Shown: piece after piece, positions 29,201-39,097 of the stretch
Position numbering within the stretch: the stretch's first letter is position 1
Layout of the letters: each line of letters starts with the position of its first letter
Origin: Candidatus Poribacteria bacterium
Lineage (GTDB): Bacteria; Poribacteria; DTPJ01; WJIO01
Assembly (NCBI GenBank): GCA_014730235.1
Contig: WJIO01000421.1
Location: 1 to 61,244 of the forward strand
DNA: 61,244 bases
Direction of reading: 5' to 3'
Translations under genes and position numbers: made by a program
The notes under the pieces: model-generated
What the model saw: the letters and a program-made list of their open reading frames with translations, nothing else
Told to the model about the DNA's origin: nothing
The model's database searches: none

Positions 29201-29493
29201 CCAAGCATAAATTTTACATCCCTGTGTTATTGCGAAGAACGGAGTAACAAATAAAGTTTTTAGTCTGTATCAAAATTTTTGGTTCATCCACTTTAAGTGT
29301 GGAAGTGTAAAAGACATTGTCCAATTAAGAAAAAGCATCCTCCATTTGTCATTCCTGCTTCAAGCTTTTTGAAAAAGCTTGAGCAAAAAGGAATAAGAGT
29401 TTCGCAGGAATGACAAGCTGAGAAAATTTTCAAATTATTACCATACTCAAATCGGAAGAGCCAAAGTTTTCACGGACATAAAATTTATGCTTG
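29201..29493. mobile_element. Second copy of the composite element, with nested MITE at 29281-29462
   Basis: Colinear with 22401-22698; ends CCAAGCATAAA / TTTATGCTTGG; central hairpin carries TCAAGCTTTTTGAAAAAGCTTGA. Confidence 0.8.
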
Positions 29494-29628
29494 GTGTAGG
29501 AGATAATGTATTGATCATAACCGGAGAAAATGGTATTATATTAAAATGTGATATTGAGATACCATATCCATAAAAATTAAGAAGAAAAATAAAATGATAT
29601 ATAATGTTATTAATAAGGAGTATAACAA

Positions 29629-30384
29629 TTGCGATTCAAAGACAAAACAATACTGGTTACTGGCGGAGCTATGGGCATTGGGTCGGCTACAGTAAAACGC
29701 CTTGCTCATGAAGGGGCAAACGTTATTATGGCCGATATTGACGAAGCGGCAGCCAATGAAAGAATAAAGGAGATAGGATCCAAGAGAGTATTTTACCAGT
29801 TTGTAGACCTTTCAAAGCCCGATTCTATAACAAAGATGGGTCAGGAAGTCGCCGGGAAATTCGACAGCTTAAATGGTCTGGTAAACAACGCCGGAATAGT
29901 TAATCCTACTTCCATCGCAGACACAGGCGACAAAGACTGGCATCCCCAGATGACAATAAACTTACGGGCCCCGGCTTTATGCTCAAAATCACTGCTTCCA
30001 TTGCTAAAAAAAGGTCCTGGTCACATAGTAAATGTGTCATCAGAAGGCGGATTTCGTCCCAGACCCGGTAACTGGGTATACGATGCGTCCAAAGCCGGAA
30101 TATGTGCCTTAAGCCGAACAATGGCCTGCGAGTTTATCCATTATGGCATGAGGGCAAATACAGTAGCCCCCGGATGGACAGTCACTGAAATGCACTTCAG
30201 CAAAGCTGAAGAACCGGCAAAACGCAAGGAAGAGCTTGAAAACTTGTCCTATAACGGGGCAATAATCCAGAGACTGGCCCGACCGGGGGAAATAGCTGCT
30301 GCCATCGTCTTTTTGTTAAGCGACGATGCTTCGTTTATAACAGGTACGACAATTCATGTTGATGGCGGAAGAGTGGGGAATTAA
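29629..30384 (+). CDS. Short-chain dehydrogenase/reductase
   Basis: TGGAMGIG, NNAG, VSS, YDASK catalytic YxxxK, N.VAPG, ASFITG..I.VDGG. Confidence 0.92.
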   Translation: MRFKDKTILVTGGAMGIGSATVKRLAHEGANVIMADIDEAAANERIKEIGSKRVFYQFVDLSKPDSITKMGQEVAGKFDSLNGLVNNAGIVNPTSIADTGDKDWHPQMTINLRAPALCSKSLLPLLKKGPGHIVNVSSEGGFRPRPGNWVYDASKAGICALSRTMACEFIHYGMRANTVAPGWTVTEMHFSKAEEPAKRKEELENLSYNGAIIQRLARPGEIAAAIVFLLSDDASFITGTTIHVDGGRVGN

Positions 30385-30438
30385 GTAATTGCTAAAAAAA
30401 ATGAAAGATATGTTTACTCTACTCGCTTTAATCTTGCA

Positions 30439-30717
30439 TTAATAAGACATCTTTATTCCACCCCAAACGGTTGTTATAGGTGGCACACCGGTCAGCTTTT
30501 TAACTTGGGTCGGTGTATCAATACCCACGCGCACAACCTCGTATTCAGTATCAGCCGTAGGTTCAGCCAAATCAAAGCGAGCGTTTACAGCATACAGTGA
30601 ATCTTCAAATTTTGCTATCGTCGTAGGAACCCGGAAATCTGGGTTGGTTATATACTCCATAACAACCCCCGAAGTAAGATCAGAACTTACCTGCACCACA
30701 GCGATCTGGTTCTGCTT
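30439..30717 (-). pseudogene. 5'-truncated remnant of an SMP-30/gluconolactonase-like propeller gene with TVWGGIK tail
   Basis: NQIAVVQVSSDLTSG...FRVPTTIAKF..SLYAVNARFD resembles the last blades of that family; no RBS, signal peptide or N-terminal part; abuts the upstream gene's stop. Confidence 0.6.
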
Positions 30718-30732
30718 TCAGGTAATGGAATA

Positions 30733-32655
30733 TCAGGGAAAAGGTTGATAAATAGTGGTATCCAGAGCCACGCCGATTATGCTCCATATGCTTCCTATTG
30801 TCAGATCGCCCAGGGCAAGGCCGAGAAACAGCGGAACTGAACGGCGATATAGTTTAAGGCCTCCGTATTTCAGGATGATCCACTTGGCCATGTAGCTTGC
30901 AAAGAAGCAACTCCAGAGGTTATACATGCCCCAGTCGCCAGCCATAGCATATCCCAGGGGATGAAAGGGAAACCATAGGAATCTGGTTCGCAGGAATGTG
31001 AGCGCGGATGCTATTAAAAATCCCACACCCATAAAGATAGTTCCTATACTGTTGGGTTCGGTAGGATAATATATCCAGTTTTGCAGTCGGGAGTATGTTT
31101 CATTACCAAGACCAAGGGTCCAGGGGCCGAAATATCCCGATGAAGCACCGGTTTTATAATATAGATGCAGGTAAATCCAGAAACAGGCTATCACCGTTAC
31201 AAAAGCCGATAGCACTATACCCAGGGACAACCTTCGGGAGCGATATCCCGAAAGATTAGTCATCTTCATACCCTCAAGCATGTGGGGCATAGGATGACTT
31301 CTGTAAGTCCGGTTAAAGAAGCTATACATGGCAAAGGCTGTCAGGGAATTCTTACCGATGCGCTGACTGCCAAGAGCTGTTATCATCATCTGTCGGGGGT
31401 TAAGACCACTCAGGCTGTGTACGCTGAGCCCCAACTCGGCCCGCATTCGGGTAATGAAGGTGGCGATTAGATAATACATTAAAAAAAAGATTGGGATCAT
31501 ATATATGGACATACCGATCCTGGATGAAAATACAGAGAGAATAATAAGACCAACCACAAAACCAATAACAGCTGTTCTATAGGATAAAGGTTCATCAGAA
31601 TCTTCATGAGGTACAGGTTTAAAAACCCTTATGATAACATTTTTCAAATGTTCCCGACCCATCCACAGACTGAAGATAATCACACTTACCACAGCACCAA
31701 AGGCCTGCTCGCTTTGATACGGGAAATTGGGTAGACTCCTGAAACCCACCAGTCCACCCACCATTAACTCCGCCTTGTAAAACCAGTAAAACGACCAGCA
31801 CGACAGCAGTAAATCTATAGGTATAAGAAAGCTCATACCGATAACAAAGGGATAGAAAGAAAGTCTGACACCTCCCATAAGACTCCAGGGCCTTTCAGTA
31901 AGGCCTGCCAGATTTCTGCGCTTTACTGGAATTTCCGGTATAGTTGGAACAAAATATTTCAGGCCGTTCACGACGCTTATAAAAGCCGCTATGCCAAATC
32001 CTATCCACATTAGTTTATTTCTGAAGAATTTGCTCTTTTCGGTAGTCATTTCCAGGGGAAGCCGTATCATGGGATATGTAAGCTTTTCCCGTTCTGTCCA
32101 TTGCTTTCGCAGGATACTGCAAAGACATAACATGGTAAAAACCAGAAGTGTAATAAAACCAAGCCATATTAAAACTGGTAAAACCCAGGGCTTTATATTT
32201 CGCCAGAAATAAAGGCTTGACGAACCTTTGTAGTAACCCTCCAGAGCCGTTTCGTCATTAACTACCAGATACCGAGGTAAGTTGTCCCAGATCAATTCCT
32301 TCCACTCATTTTCTGGCGTGGCAAAGTAAAAAGCATGTCCCATATTGGAAACCAGTATCTGAAGCATATCTATAGAGGCCAAACCTGAAGATACACTGAG
32401 CATTACATAAATAGTAATAAGCTCCCCCTGGTTCAATACTGTCCTCTTAAAGACTTTCTCAGAAAACAGGTTAAACAGGAAGGCAAACAGGAAGATAAAA
32501 ACTACATTGAAAAACGGAATTATCAGCGTGGGATGGGTATACCTGACGACTTCCAACTGGGCAATCCAATAGACGTTGATCGGTATAAGCAATATGCTGA
32601 GTATTATGGCTCTGAAACCTATGGTTCGTTGATTCGATGTAGAATTGCCTTTCAT
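30733..32655 (-). CDS. DUF6785/DUF6784-type polytopic membrane protein (putative OPT-like transporter)
   Basis: ELITIYVM, YFATPENEW, LRKQWTEREKLTYP, RMRAELG, HPMPH.LEG.K, PFHPLGY, FLGL.LGD motifs; many TM helices. Confidence 0.75.
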   Translation of the reverse strand: MKGNSTSNQRTIGFRAIILSILLIPINVYWIAQLEVVRYTHPTLIIPFFNVVFIFLFAFLFNLFSEKVFKRTVLNQGELITIYVMLSVSSGLASIDMLQILVSNMGHAFYFATPENEWKELIWDNLPRYLVVNDETALEGYYKGSSSLYFWRNIKPWVLPVLIWLGFITLLVFTMLCLCSILRKQWTEREKLTYPMIRLPLEMTTEKSKFFRNKLMWIGFGIAAFISVVNGLKYFVPTIPEIPVKRRNLAGLTERPWSLMGGVRLSFYPFVIGMSFLIPIDLLLSCWSFYWFYKAELMVGGLVGFRSLPNFPYQSEQAFGAVVSVIIFSLWMGREHLKNVIIRVFKPVPHEDSDEPLSYRTAVIGFVVGLIILSVFSSRIGMSIYMIPIFFLMYYLIATFITRMRAELGLSVHSLSGLNPRQMMITALGSQRIGKNSLTAFAMYSFFNRTYRSHPMPHMLEGMKMTNLSGYRSRRLSLGIVLSAFVTVIACFWIYLHLYYKTGASSGYFGPWTLGLGNETYSRLQNWIYYPTEPNSIGTIFMGVGFLIASALTFLRTRFLWFPFHPLGYAMAGDWGMYNLWSCFFASYMAKWIILKYGGLKLYRRSVPLFLGLALGDLTIGSIWSIIGVALDTTIYQPFP

Positions 32656-32763
32656 TTTTGCCTTTCTTTTAAACTAATCGCTAAAAAATGAATATAACTT
32701 TATTTGTATAATTTGTGGTTCTTCTTCATTACCACACAAAAAGCTGAAGAACCACACAAATTA

Positions 32764-34683
32764 TCAATTCCAACCAGCCCCGGATGAGGGCATGTAAACC
32801 TTAAACACAAGGCTGACTATACTCCATATACTCCTCAATGTAAAATCTCCCAGAACAAGACCCAGGAAGAAGAATGTGGCCTTACGGTGGGTTTTTATGC
32901 CGCCATATTTCAGGATTATGGACTTAATCATCCAGCTTACCATTACCGGAAACCAGAAATACACCATTCCACCCCACGCGCCGCCAGAAAGGACGTAGCC
33001 CGATGGATACAGGGGCCACCACAAAAAGCGTGTGCGCATAATATGCAAAAAGGTCACAAACAAAAATCCCCCGCCCATGAACTGCAAGGCTTTTACATCC
33101 GTTCCCTGGGGATACTGAAGCCAGGCCTGGAGAGGGTTATAGACTTCCCATCCAGCATTACCTATCCAGCCCTGAAGCCTTCCCAGCGTGCCGTAATGAT
33201 ATGTAAAATGAAGGTATGACCAGAAACTTGCTATGGCCCCAAATCCAACGGCCAGAAGTATAGCCTGAACCAGTCTTTTGTTGTTCATTCCTGTTCGTTC
33301 CGCTATCTTAAAGGCTTCTATCTGGCATGGCATAGGATGGGCCCGGTTGCACCTGTTGAAGGGGTAGATGAAAGACATGATAGTAAGATTGTTTCCAAGA
33401 AGTCGCCTTGAACCGAACATCTGAACCATAATACCCCTGGGGTTGATACCAACAACCTCGTGATAAGGAGGACCTAATTCAGCCCTTACCCGGGCTATAG
33501 CTATGGCGAAGAGTATATATATAGCAAAGAAAACTAGTATGGCCCATATAGACATACCAGCGAAACGACAGAACAGCACAAGAACCAGAAGACACACAAC
33601 AAGCATGATTGCGGCTGTCCTGTAACGCATAGGCTCTTTTGAATCGTCCATCTTCTCTAAACCTAACAGGTGCTTGCCAAAGGCCACAAGATGCCGACGG
33701 GCAAGCCATAAGGCAATTAGTGCAACACCTATCCAGGCTCCTGATGCCCTTTCGTTAAGATACAGTTGATTCCATCCTACAGCAGATGCAAACACCCTCT
33801 CAAACCTTGTAAGCCAGAAGAAGAACCAGCACGAAAAGGACAGGTTCAGTGGCATAAAGTACGTAAGCCCCACAATACCAAGATTGAAAAACAGTGTGAC
33901 ATAACCGATGGCGTTCCAGGGTTTTTCGGTGACGAACTGGTCTATCCTGTATGTATAGGGAATAGAAGGCACGGCAGGAACAAGGTCGTGTATGCCATTG
34001 AAAAACCTTATAGATCCAGCCACGGCCAGACCTATCCACATGAGCTTTGTCTTATAAAACTTTCGATCTGCTGCCATAGCCAGGGGAAGCTGGATTATGG
34101 GATAGCTGAGTTTTTCGTTTTCCGTCCATTGTTTCCGCAGGATGGAACTGATGCACAGCAGGGAAAAGTAAAGAAAGAAAATAAAAGCCGACCACACCAT
34201 AACCGGCACAAGCCATGCTTTCATGTTTTCCATTACATGAAAACCCGATTCGCCGGTAAAATAACCTGACAATACATCCATATCCGAAACTGTCATCCAT
34301 GATGGTATATACTGCCAGAATAAGCTCTGCCATTCGTTTTCCGGTGTTGCAAACCAGTAGGGCTGTGTTAATGTTGCCAGCAGCGGCGTCATGGTTGTGT
34401 GGCCCGATATAGTAGATACCATAGTAACCATGACATATATGACCAGAAGTTCAGCCGGCGACAGGGCCAGCTTGCTGGAAATCCTGCGGAGGAAAAATCC
34501 TACCGTGATCAAAAAAGTGAGGGTAAAAATAGCGTTGGAAAAGGGATTTACCAGCGTAAACATGCAGTACCACTGCTCGCTGGATATTCCCACCCAATAT
34601 GCATTTATAGGCACCAGTATAAGACCCAGGATGATGGCCCTTAAAGTTATATCATCCCGACCCGATTTTTCGCTGTAGTTCAT
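32764..34683 (-). CDS. DUF6785/DUF6784-type membrane protein, paralog 2
   Basis: Same motif series (WFATPENEWQ, QWTENEKLSYP, RVRAELG, HPMP.Q.EAFK, FFLGLVLGD). Confidence 0.75.
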   Translation of the reverse strand: MNYSEKSGRDDITLRAIILGLILVPINAYWVGISSEQWYCMFTLVNPFSNAIFTLTFLITVGFFLRRISSKLALSPAELLVIYVMVTMVSTISGHTTMTPLLATLTQPYWFATPENEWQSLFWQYIPSWMTVSDMDVLSGYFTGESGFHVMENMKAWLVPVMVWSAFIFFLYFSLLCISSILRKQWTENEKLSYPIIQLPLAMAADRKFYKTKLMWIGLAVAGSIRFFNGIHDLVPAVPSIPYTYRIDQFVTEKPWNAIGYVTLFFNLGIVGLTYFMPLNLSFSCWFFFWLTRFERVFASAVGWNQLYLNERASGAWIGVALIALWLARRHLVAFGKHLLGLEKMDDSKEPMRYRTAAIMLVVCLLVLVLFCRFAGMSIWAILVFFAIYILFAIAIARVRAELGPPYHEVVGINPRGIMVQMFGSRRLLGNNLTIMSFIYPFNRCNRAHPMPCQIEAFKIAERTGMNNKRLVQAILLAVGFGAIASFWSYLHFTYHYGTLGRLQGWIGNAGWEVYNPLQAWLQYPQGTDVKALQFMGGGFLFVTFLHIMRTRFLWWPLYPSGYVLSGGAWGGMVYFWFPVMVSWMIKSIILKYGGIKTHRKATFFFLGLVLGDFTLRSIWSIVSLVFKVYMPSSGAGWN

Positions 34684-34698
34684 ATCACTCCCTGTGTT

Positions 34699-37143
34699 TT
34701 ATTTTTTCCACCATTGGGCGTCAGCGTCATCTTCTGTAATAAAGTTGTGATACCTTCCCATCCAGTAGGCTGTCAGATAACCTGCGCCGCTTATCTCCGA
34801 ACGTATGGCCCCGTCTTCCTGGGGAATAAGGGATGTATCCGTCCATGTTTGTCCCTTATCATTGCTAATATACATCCCGGCAGGAGTTCCTATCATAACT
34901 AACTGCTCATGACGAGTGGTATGTATAGTATAAACCCTGGGTATATCCAGACCATCACTACTTACAGACCAGTTTTTGCCTGCGTCAGTGGTTACGGCAA
35001 CACCGTTTTCCAAAACTCCGTACCAAATATCCGGATTTAAAAGGTCAATCCTTATATCGCTGATTTGAAATTCTTTCATAATCTGAAATAAGCATCGCAT
35101 TTCTTTCCGGGTTATATTGGGTGATCCCTTGGAACTTGAAGCCCATTTAAAGAGGGGTTCCAGCTCGCGAACAACAGGACACCAGCTTTGACCACCGTCT
35201 TCGCTGAAACTTACCATGACACCCCTTCGTTCCATCTCCACAGCCCGGAATATCCGCCCTTTTATATGAGGATCGCTTCTTAACCACAATGGCCTGCCGC
35301 CGATGGTATCAACACTGGAAAAACCCCGTTGGCGTTTTGGTTGAGGGAGGGCTTTCCATTCCAAATCCCTTTCCCTTTTTATATGAATTCCATGTCTGGT
35401 CATGCAGTAAATAACAGCGGAAGTTTCATTTAACTCCAGAGCCAGTGTTGAAGCAGGCGGAACGCCTCCACTTATGCAGTTCCACATTGTTCCCATATCC
35501 CTTTCACCCAATTCAATGCTCTTATATACGCCGTTTTTGCCTACAGCATACAGGACATGGGTATTATCGGGATCAAATCGAAGCTCTGAAGCCGGTTTTT
35601 TGTATACAGAACTCCATTGAACCCCGCCGTCCAGAGTGCGGTATATACCATCATCTGTAGCCGCAAAAGCCAGCCAGGGATAATCCGGGGAAAACAGGAA
35701 ATCGTTTACTTTTGGCAAACCTTCCATCTTATGCCATATCTCACCCTTGGTGTTGCTATAATATGAGTAACCAGAGGTGTCTGCGGCAAACTGGACGTAA
35801 GGATCATGGGGGGAAATTTCCAGTACCGATACGATCCGGGATGTCCACCCATCAAGTTTAAAGGGGCTTCCCTTCCATTCATACTCGTTATCCGATGCTC
35901 TTTCATATACCGGCAGGGGATTTAAGGCTTCTTTTTTACCGTCGGAATCGTAAAATTCAATATCTGTTCTTATACTGTTCATTCGGGGTTGGAAAATCCT
36001 ACAGGTGGGGTGTGTCTGCAAATTCCACAAAGAGCCTTCTTTGTCCGCGTAATCTTCGCCCAATACAGCACCGTAAACAAAATTGAACCAGGCCATTTTT
36101 TCATCCTTATGAGATTCCCATGAATCTTTTATGCATTTGCGATAGAAGGCTAATAGTTCCTTGTCTTGTTCAATAATATTCAATAGGTAAAGGTCACCCA
36201 GAAGATGATCTGTATCATCATAATTCCCCCTAGAAGGCCCCATTATGCTTTCCTGATTACGTTCCAGATCTTTCAGACCAAGTTTCTCTGTCCATTCCTC
36301 GTATAATGCCTTAACTTTATCATTGCCTGTGATTAATGCAGATATTTTTAAACCTGTAAGGGCCATAACCGAACCGCCAGAAGGTCTGTCGTTACCAGCC
36401 ATACCACGCCATCCACCGATTAACTCGGTGCTTATTCTTTCGTTATCTTCCAGCATGACAACCATATTGTTATTAAGGTGGGCCCAGTTTGACATATCTG
36501 TAACAATTTCTTTTATCTTGCCTTTCTGGGCAGGATCTGCGGCGATAAAATAGTATATACCTAATCCCCTGAAAACCTGATCGTAATTATGGTGGCTGGG
36601 GCCTCCCCGATAACGTAAATGGGAGAATTCACCAACCCCCTGCTTCCATAAATCCCGGGTTCCCACTCCGGCCCGTTCTTCGTAGGATGTACCATGACCC
36701 AGAGCCACTCCCCTAGCAAGGTAACCGGGCTGACCGCTGACCAACGTCAGAACACGTATAGAGTCAATAATCTCATCGGCTCTGGCGTAGGCTTCCCGGT
36801 ATTCTGCGCTGGATTCACCATAACGATTTTGCATAAAAGCCAATCTAAAAGCCTGGGATGTGAGAAGACATCCAGTCCATGAACTGGTGTGGGCTACGTT
36901 TGAAAGTCCTGTAGTACCATGATCAAACGTCCATCCGTTAGGCAGTTCGCCGGTTTCAATGATCTGTTGCCATGCACCTTCCTGAAGTCCGGCATAGTGT
37001 TTTGGCGGGATCAACCTTACGGATGAAGGATAAGAACCAAGTATATTATGACGCTCCTGGGCGTTTTCTTCAAAAAAAATCGCTTTATAGTGAAGTGTCT
37101 TCTTCCAGCTTCCTCGGTCATGATAGGTATATAATTCATACAT
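34699..37143 (-). CDS. Hypothetical 814-aa protein: putative alpha/alpha-barrel N-terminus plus BNR/VPS10-like propeller
   Basis: C-terminal BNR-like repeats (YRTLDGG..W, SEDGGQSW, TTDAGKNW, ISNDKGQTW); N-terminal helical domain with SG.PGYLARG. Confidence 0.6.
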   Translation of the reverse strand: MYELYTYHDRGSWKKTLHYKAIFFEENAQERHNILGSYPSSVRLIPPKHYAGLQEGAWQQIIETGELPNGWTFDHGTTGLSNVAHTSSWTGCLLTSQAFRLAFMQNRYGESSAEYREAYARADEIIDSIRVLTLVSGQPGYLARGVALGHGTSYEERAGVGTRDLWKQGVGEFSHLRYRGGPSHHNYDQVFRGLGIYYFIAADPAQKGKIKEIVTDMSNWAHLNNNMVVMLEDNERISTELIGGWRGMAGNDRPSGGSVMALTGLKISALITGNDKVKALYEEWTEKLGLKDLERNQESIMGPSRGNYDDTDHLLGDLYLLNIIEQDKELLAFYRKCIKDSWESHKDEKMAWFNFVYGAVLGEDYADKEGSLWNLQTHPTCRIFQPRMNSIRTDIEFYDSDGKKEALNPLPVYERASDNEYEWKGSPFKLDGWTSRIVSVLEISPHDPYVQFAADTSGYSYYSNTKGEIWHKMEGLPKVNDFLFSPDYPWLAFAATDDGIYRTLDGGVQWSSVYKKPASELRFDPDNTHVLYAVGKNGVYKSIELGERDMGTMWNCISGGVPPASTLALELNETSAVIYCMTRHGIHIKRERDLEWKALPQPKRQRGFSSVDTIGGRPLWLRSDPHIKGRIFRAVEMERRGVMVSFSEDGGQSWCPVVRELEPLFKWASSSKGSPNITRKEMRCLFQIMKEFQISDIRIDLLNPDIWYGVLENGVAVTTDAGKNWSVSSDGLDIPRVYTIHTTRHEQLVMIGTPAGMYISNDKGQTWTDTSLIPQEDGAIRSEISGAGYLTAYWMGRYHNFITEDDADAQWWKK

Positions 37144-37164
37144 TTTTTGCTTATCTCCTGTTAT

Positions 37165-38667
37165 TTACTGCTTCATTCTTTTCAATTCCTCTTCCCACCA
37201 CTTCAGGTATTCTTCAGGTGAGGCATCCGGTTCAAGTCCCCGGGATTTCATATTTTTAGCAAATCTTGTTTCAGCTTCGTTATCCCAGTAAGCCATAATA
37301 TCTTCATCTTCCGGCACTTCTCCATGATCACCGGTTTCTTTTATCCATGAATCCAGCTTTGAACTCAGGTCTTTGAGTATTTTCTGATGCTCAGGATCAT
37401 CAGCCAGATTATTTATTTCGTGGGGATCATTTTTCAGGTCGTAAAGTTCCTCTTCCGGTCTGTTTGGGGCCGTAAATCGTGCCTGTTCCGGTTTTAGTTC
37501 TCCTCTTTCCTGCATGATCTCCATAAGGGTTAAAACAGGATAAGCCTGTTTCTTGTATGCGTTGAAGTAGGTGTAAGGTCTTTCAGGATGGAAATTGCGT
37601 ATATATTTGTATTTCTTTGCTTGCACACATCTTATCCGGTCATCGGTTTCATCACAACGATCCCGGGCGGCGATTATATATTCCCTTTCGGTAAAATCAG
37701 AACCAAGAAAATCCTGTCCTTCCATATATTCCGGCACTTCTGCACCAGCTATATTTAACCATGTAGGCGCTAAGTCTACCATGCTGATCAAATCATCCCT
37801 TACCGTACCGGGTTGAATATGCCCGGGCCAGCGGACAATAAGAGGGATGTGTATACCACCATCATAAAGGAACTGCTTACCCCTCAGCATAGCACGACCA
37901 TGATCACCCCAGAAAAATACGACTGTATTATCTGCAAGTCCTTCATCTTCAAGCCTTTGCAGAACTTTACCGATTTTTTTGTCCAGATTTTGTATTGTTT
38001 CCAGATACAAAGCCCAGTCCAGCCGGGTTATAGGGTGGTCTGGATAATAGGGCGGGATTTCCACATCATCGGGATTGATGGGGTTATCCGGGTCTTTATG
38101 AAACACCCTGTGGGCTTCGTTAAAATGCACTTCAGCAAAAAAGGGTTGGTCTGATTTACGCTGACTCCAATCTGTTCCGTCAAAGGCTTCATCGAAGGAC
38201 ATTTTAAAGTTGTAATCCAGCTTTCCCTGGTGACCATCAGTCATAACCTGGCCGTTGCAGGTAAAATAACCGGCTTCCCGCAGGTAATGGGATATATGCT
38301 TTATATTATCCGGAAGCGGATTATCCCTGTTACTCCGGTGATGATGTCCTCCAAAACTAGTCTGATACATGCCTGTTACAACTGCTGATCTGCTGGCTGA
38401 ACATACTGGAGCAGTTACAAATGCATTGGTAAATTTAACACCTTCATCGGCTAATTGATCTATATTAGGAGTTTTTACCAGCGTGTTTCCGTAGCATCCC
38501 AGATCAGGAGAAAGGTCTTCTGTATCCAGCCATAGGATATTGGGACGCTTTTCAGGTTCTTCAGCATAGGCATTCCGTATAAAAAAATCTGACAACATAC
38601 CAAAGACAATACCGGCATTAAAGGCTTTAAGAAAATTCCTACTCGCAATCATCTGCTTTCTCCCCAT
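37165..38667 (-). CDS. Formylglycine-dependent sulfatase (Cys-type) with Tat-like leader
   Basis: PNILW...EDL, PVCSASRSAVVTG, FWGDHG, RGKQFLYDGG.HIPLI; N-terminal SRNFLK leader. Confidence 0.9.
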   Translation of the reverse strand: MGRKQMIASRNFLKAFNAGIVFGMLSDFFIRNAYAEEPEKRPNILWLDTEDLSPDLGCYGNTLVKTPNIDQLADEGVKFTNAFVTAPVCSASRSAVVTGMYQTSFGGHHHRSNRDNPLPDNIKHISHYLREAGYFTCNGQVMTDGHQGKLDYNFKMSFDEAFDGTDWSQRKSDQPFFAEVHFNEAHRVFHKDPDNPINPDDVEIPPYYPDHPITRLDWALYLETIQNLDKKIGKVLQRLEDEGLADNTVVFFWGDHGRAMLRGKQFLYDGGIHIPLIVRWPGHIQPGTVRDDLISMVDLAPTWLNIAGAEVPEYMEGQDFLGSDFTEREYIIAARDRCDETDDRIRCVQAKKYKYIRNFHPERPYTYFNAYKKQAYPVLTLMEIMQERGELKPEQARFTAPNRPEEELYDLKNDPHEINNLADDPEHQKILKDLSSKLDSWIKETGDHGEVPEDEDIMAYWDNEAETRFAKNMKSRGLEPDASPEEYLKWWEEELKRMKQ

Positions 38668-38793
38668 TTTATTTGCTCATAAAATTTATTATATCATAAA
38701 AGCTTTAATCAAAAGTATACATGAATCGGCAAATAACATCAATAACGAATATTTCCAGAGAATTTTTTAATAATTAAATCTTTAAATCTCCCT

Positions 38794-38825
38794 CAATCGG
38801 GGATATGAAATCATATCCCCGATTG
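38794..38825. repeat. Perfect 14-bp palindrome CAATCGGGGATATG...CATATCCCCGATTG
   Basis: Direct inspection; shares CCCCGATT/AATCGGGG with the hairpin at 56790. Confidence 0.6.
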
Positions 38826-38916
38826 TCCTTATCTTTTACGGATGTCAGATTTCTGATAGCCAGTATCAGATATTAGTGATATTTTTCTCACCAAAACCGA
38901 TTCTTTTTTATTTTTG

Positions 38917-39097
38917 GGTTCTTCTGGCTTTATTGTTTCTATGATTGAAAATTCTCTCAGCTTATCACTTTGTGATTGCGAGGAACAGAGTGACGAAGCA
39001 ATCTCATCCATACATTACACCTTTGAGATTGCTTCGCTTTGCTCATAACATATATAGTATATTCAGAAGTCTTCACGAACACAAACTTTATGCTTGG
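38917..39097. mobile_element. Degenerate composite element: ISL3-like arm, GATTGCGAG/GAAGCAATCTC...GAGATTGCTTCG hairpin and TTTATGCTTGG end
   Basis: Left arm matches the 13171 copy; right end matches the 29493 end; the core is a different REP-like hairpin. Confidence 0.6.

Noticed and set aside
30718-30735. Two in-frame TGA codons joining the DUF6785 gene to the downstream fragment, as possible Sec or read-through
   Set aside because: The other two paralogs end at about the same position, no SECIS-like hairpin follows, and same-frame adjacency has a 1-in-3 chance.
761-39097. Recurrent GTCATTCCTGC palindromes as a CRISPR array
   Set aside because: Copies are kilobases apart, with no regular repeat-spacer period and no cas genes.
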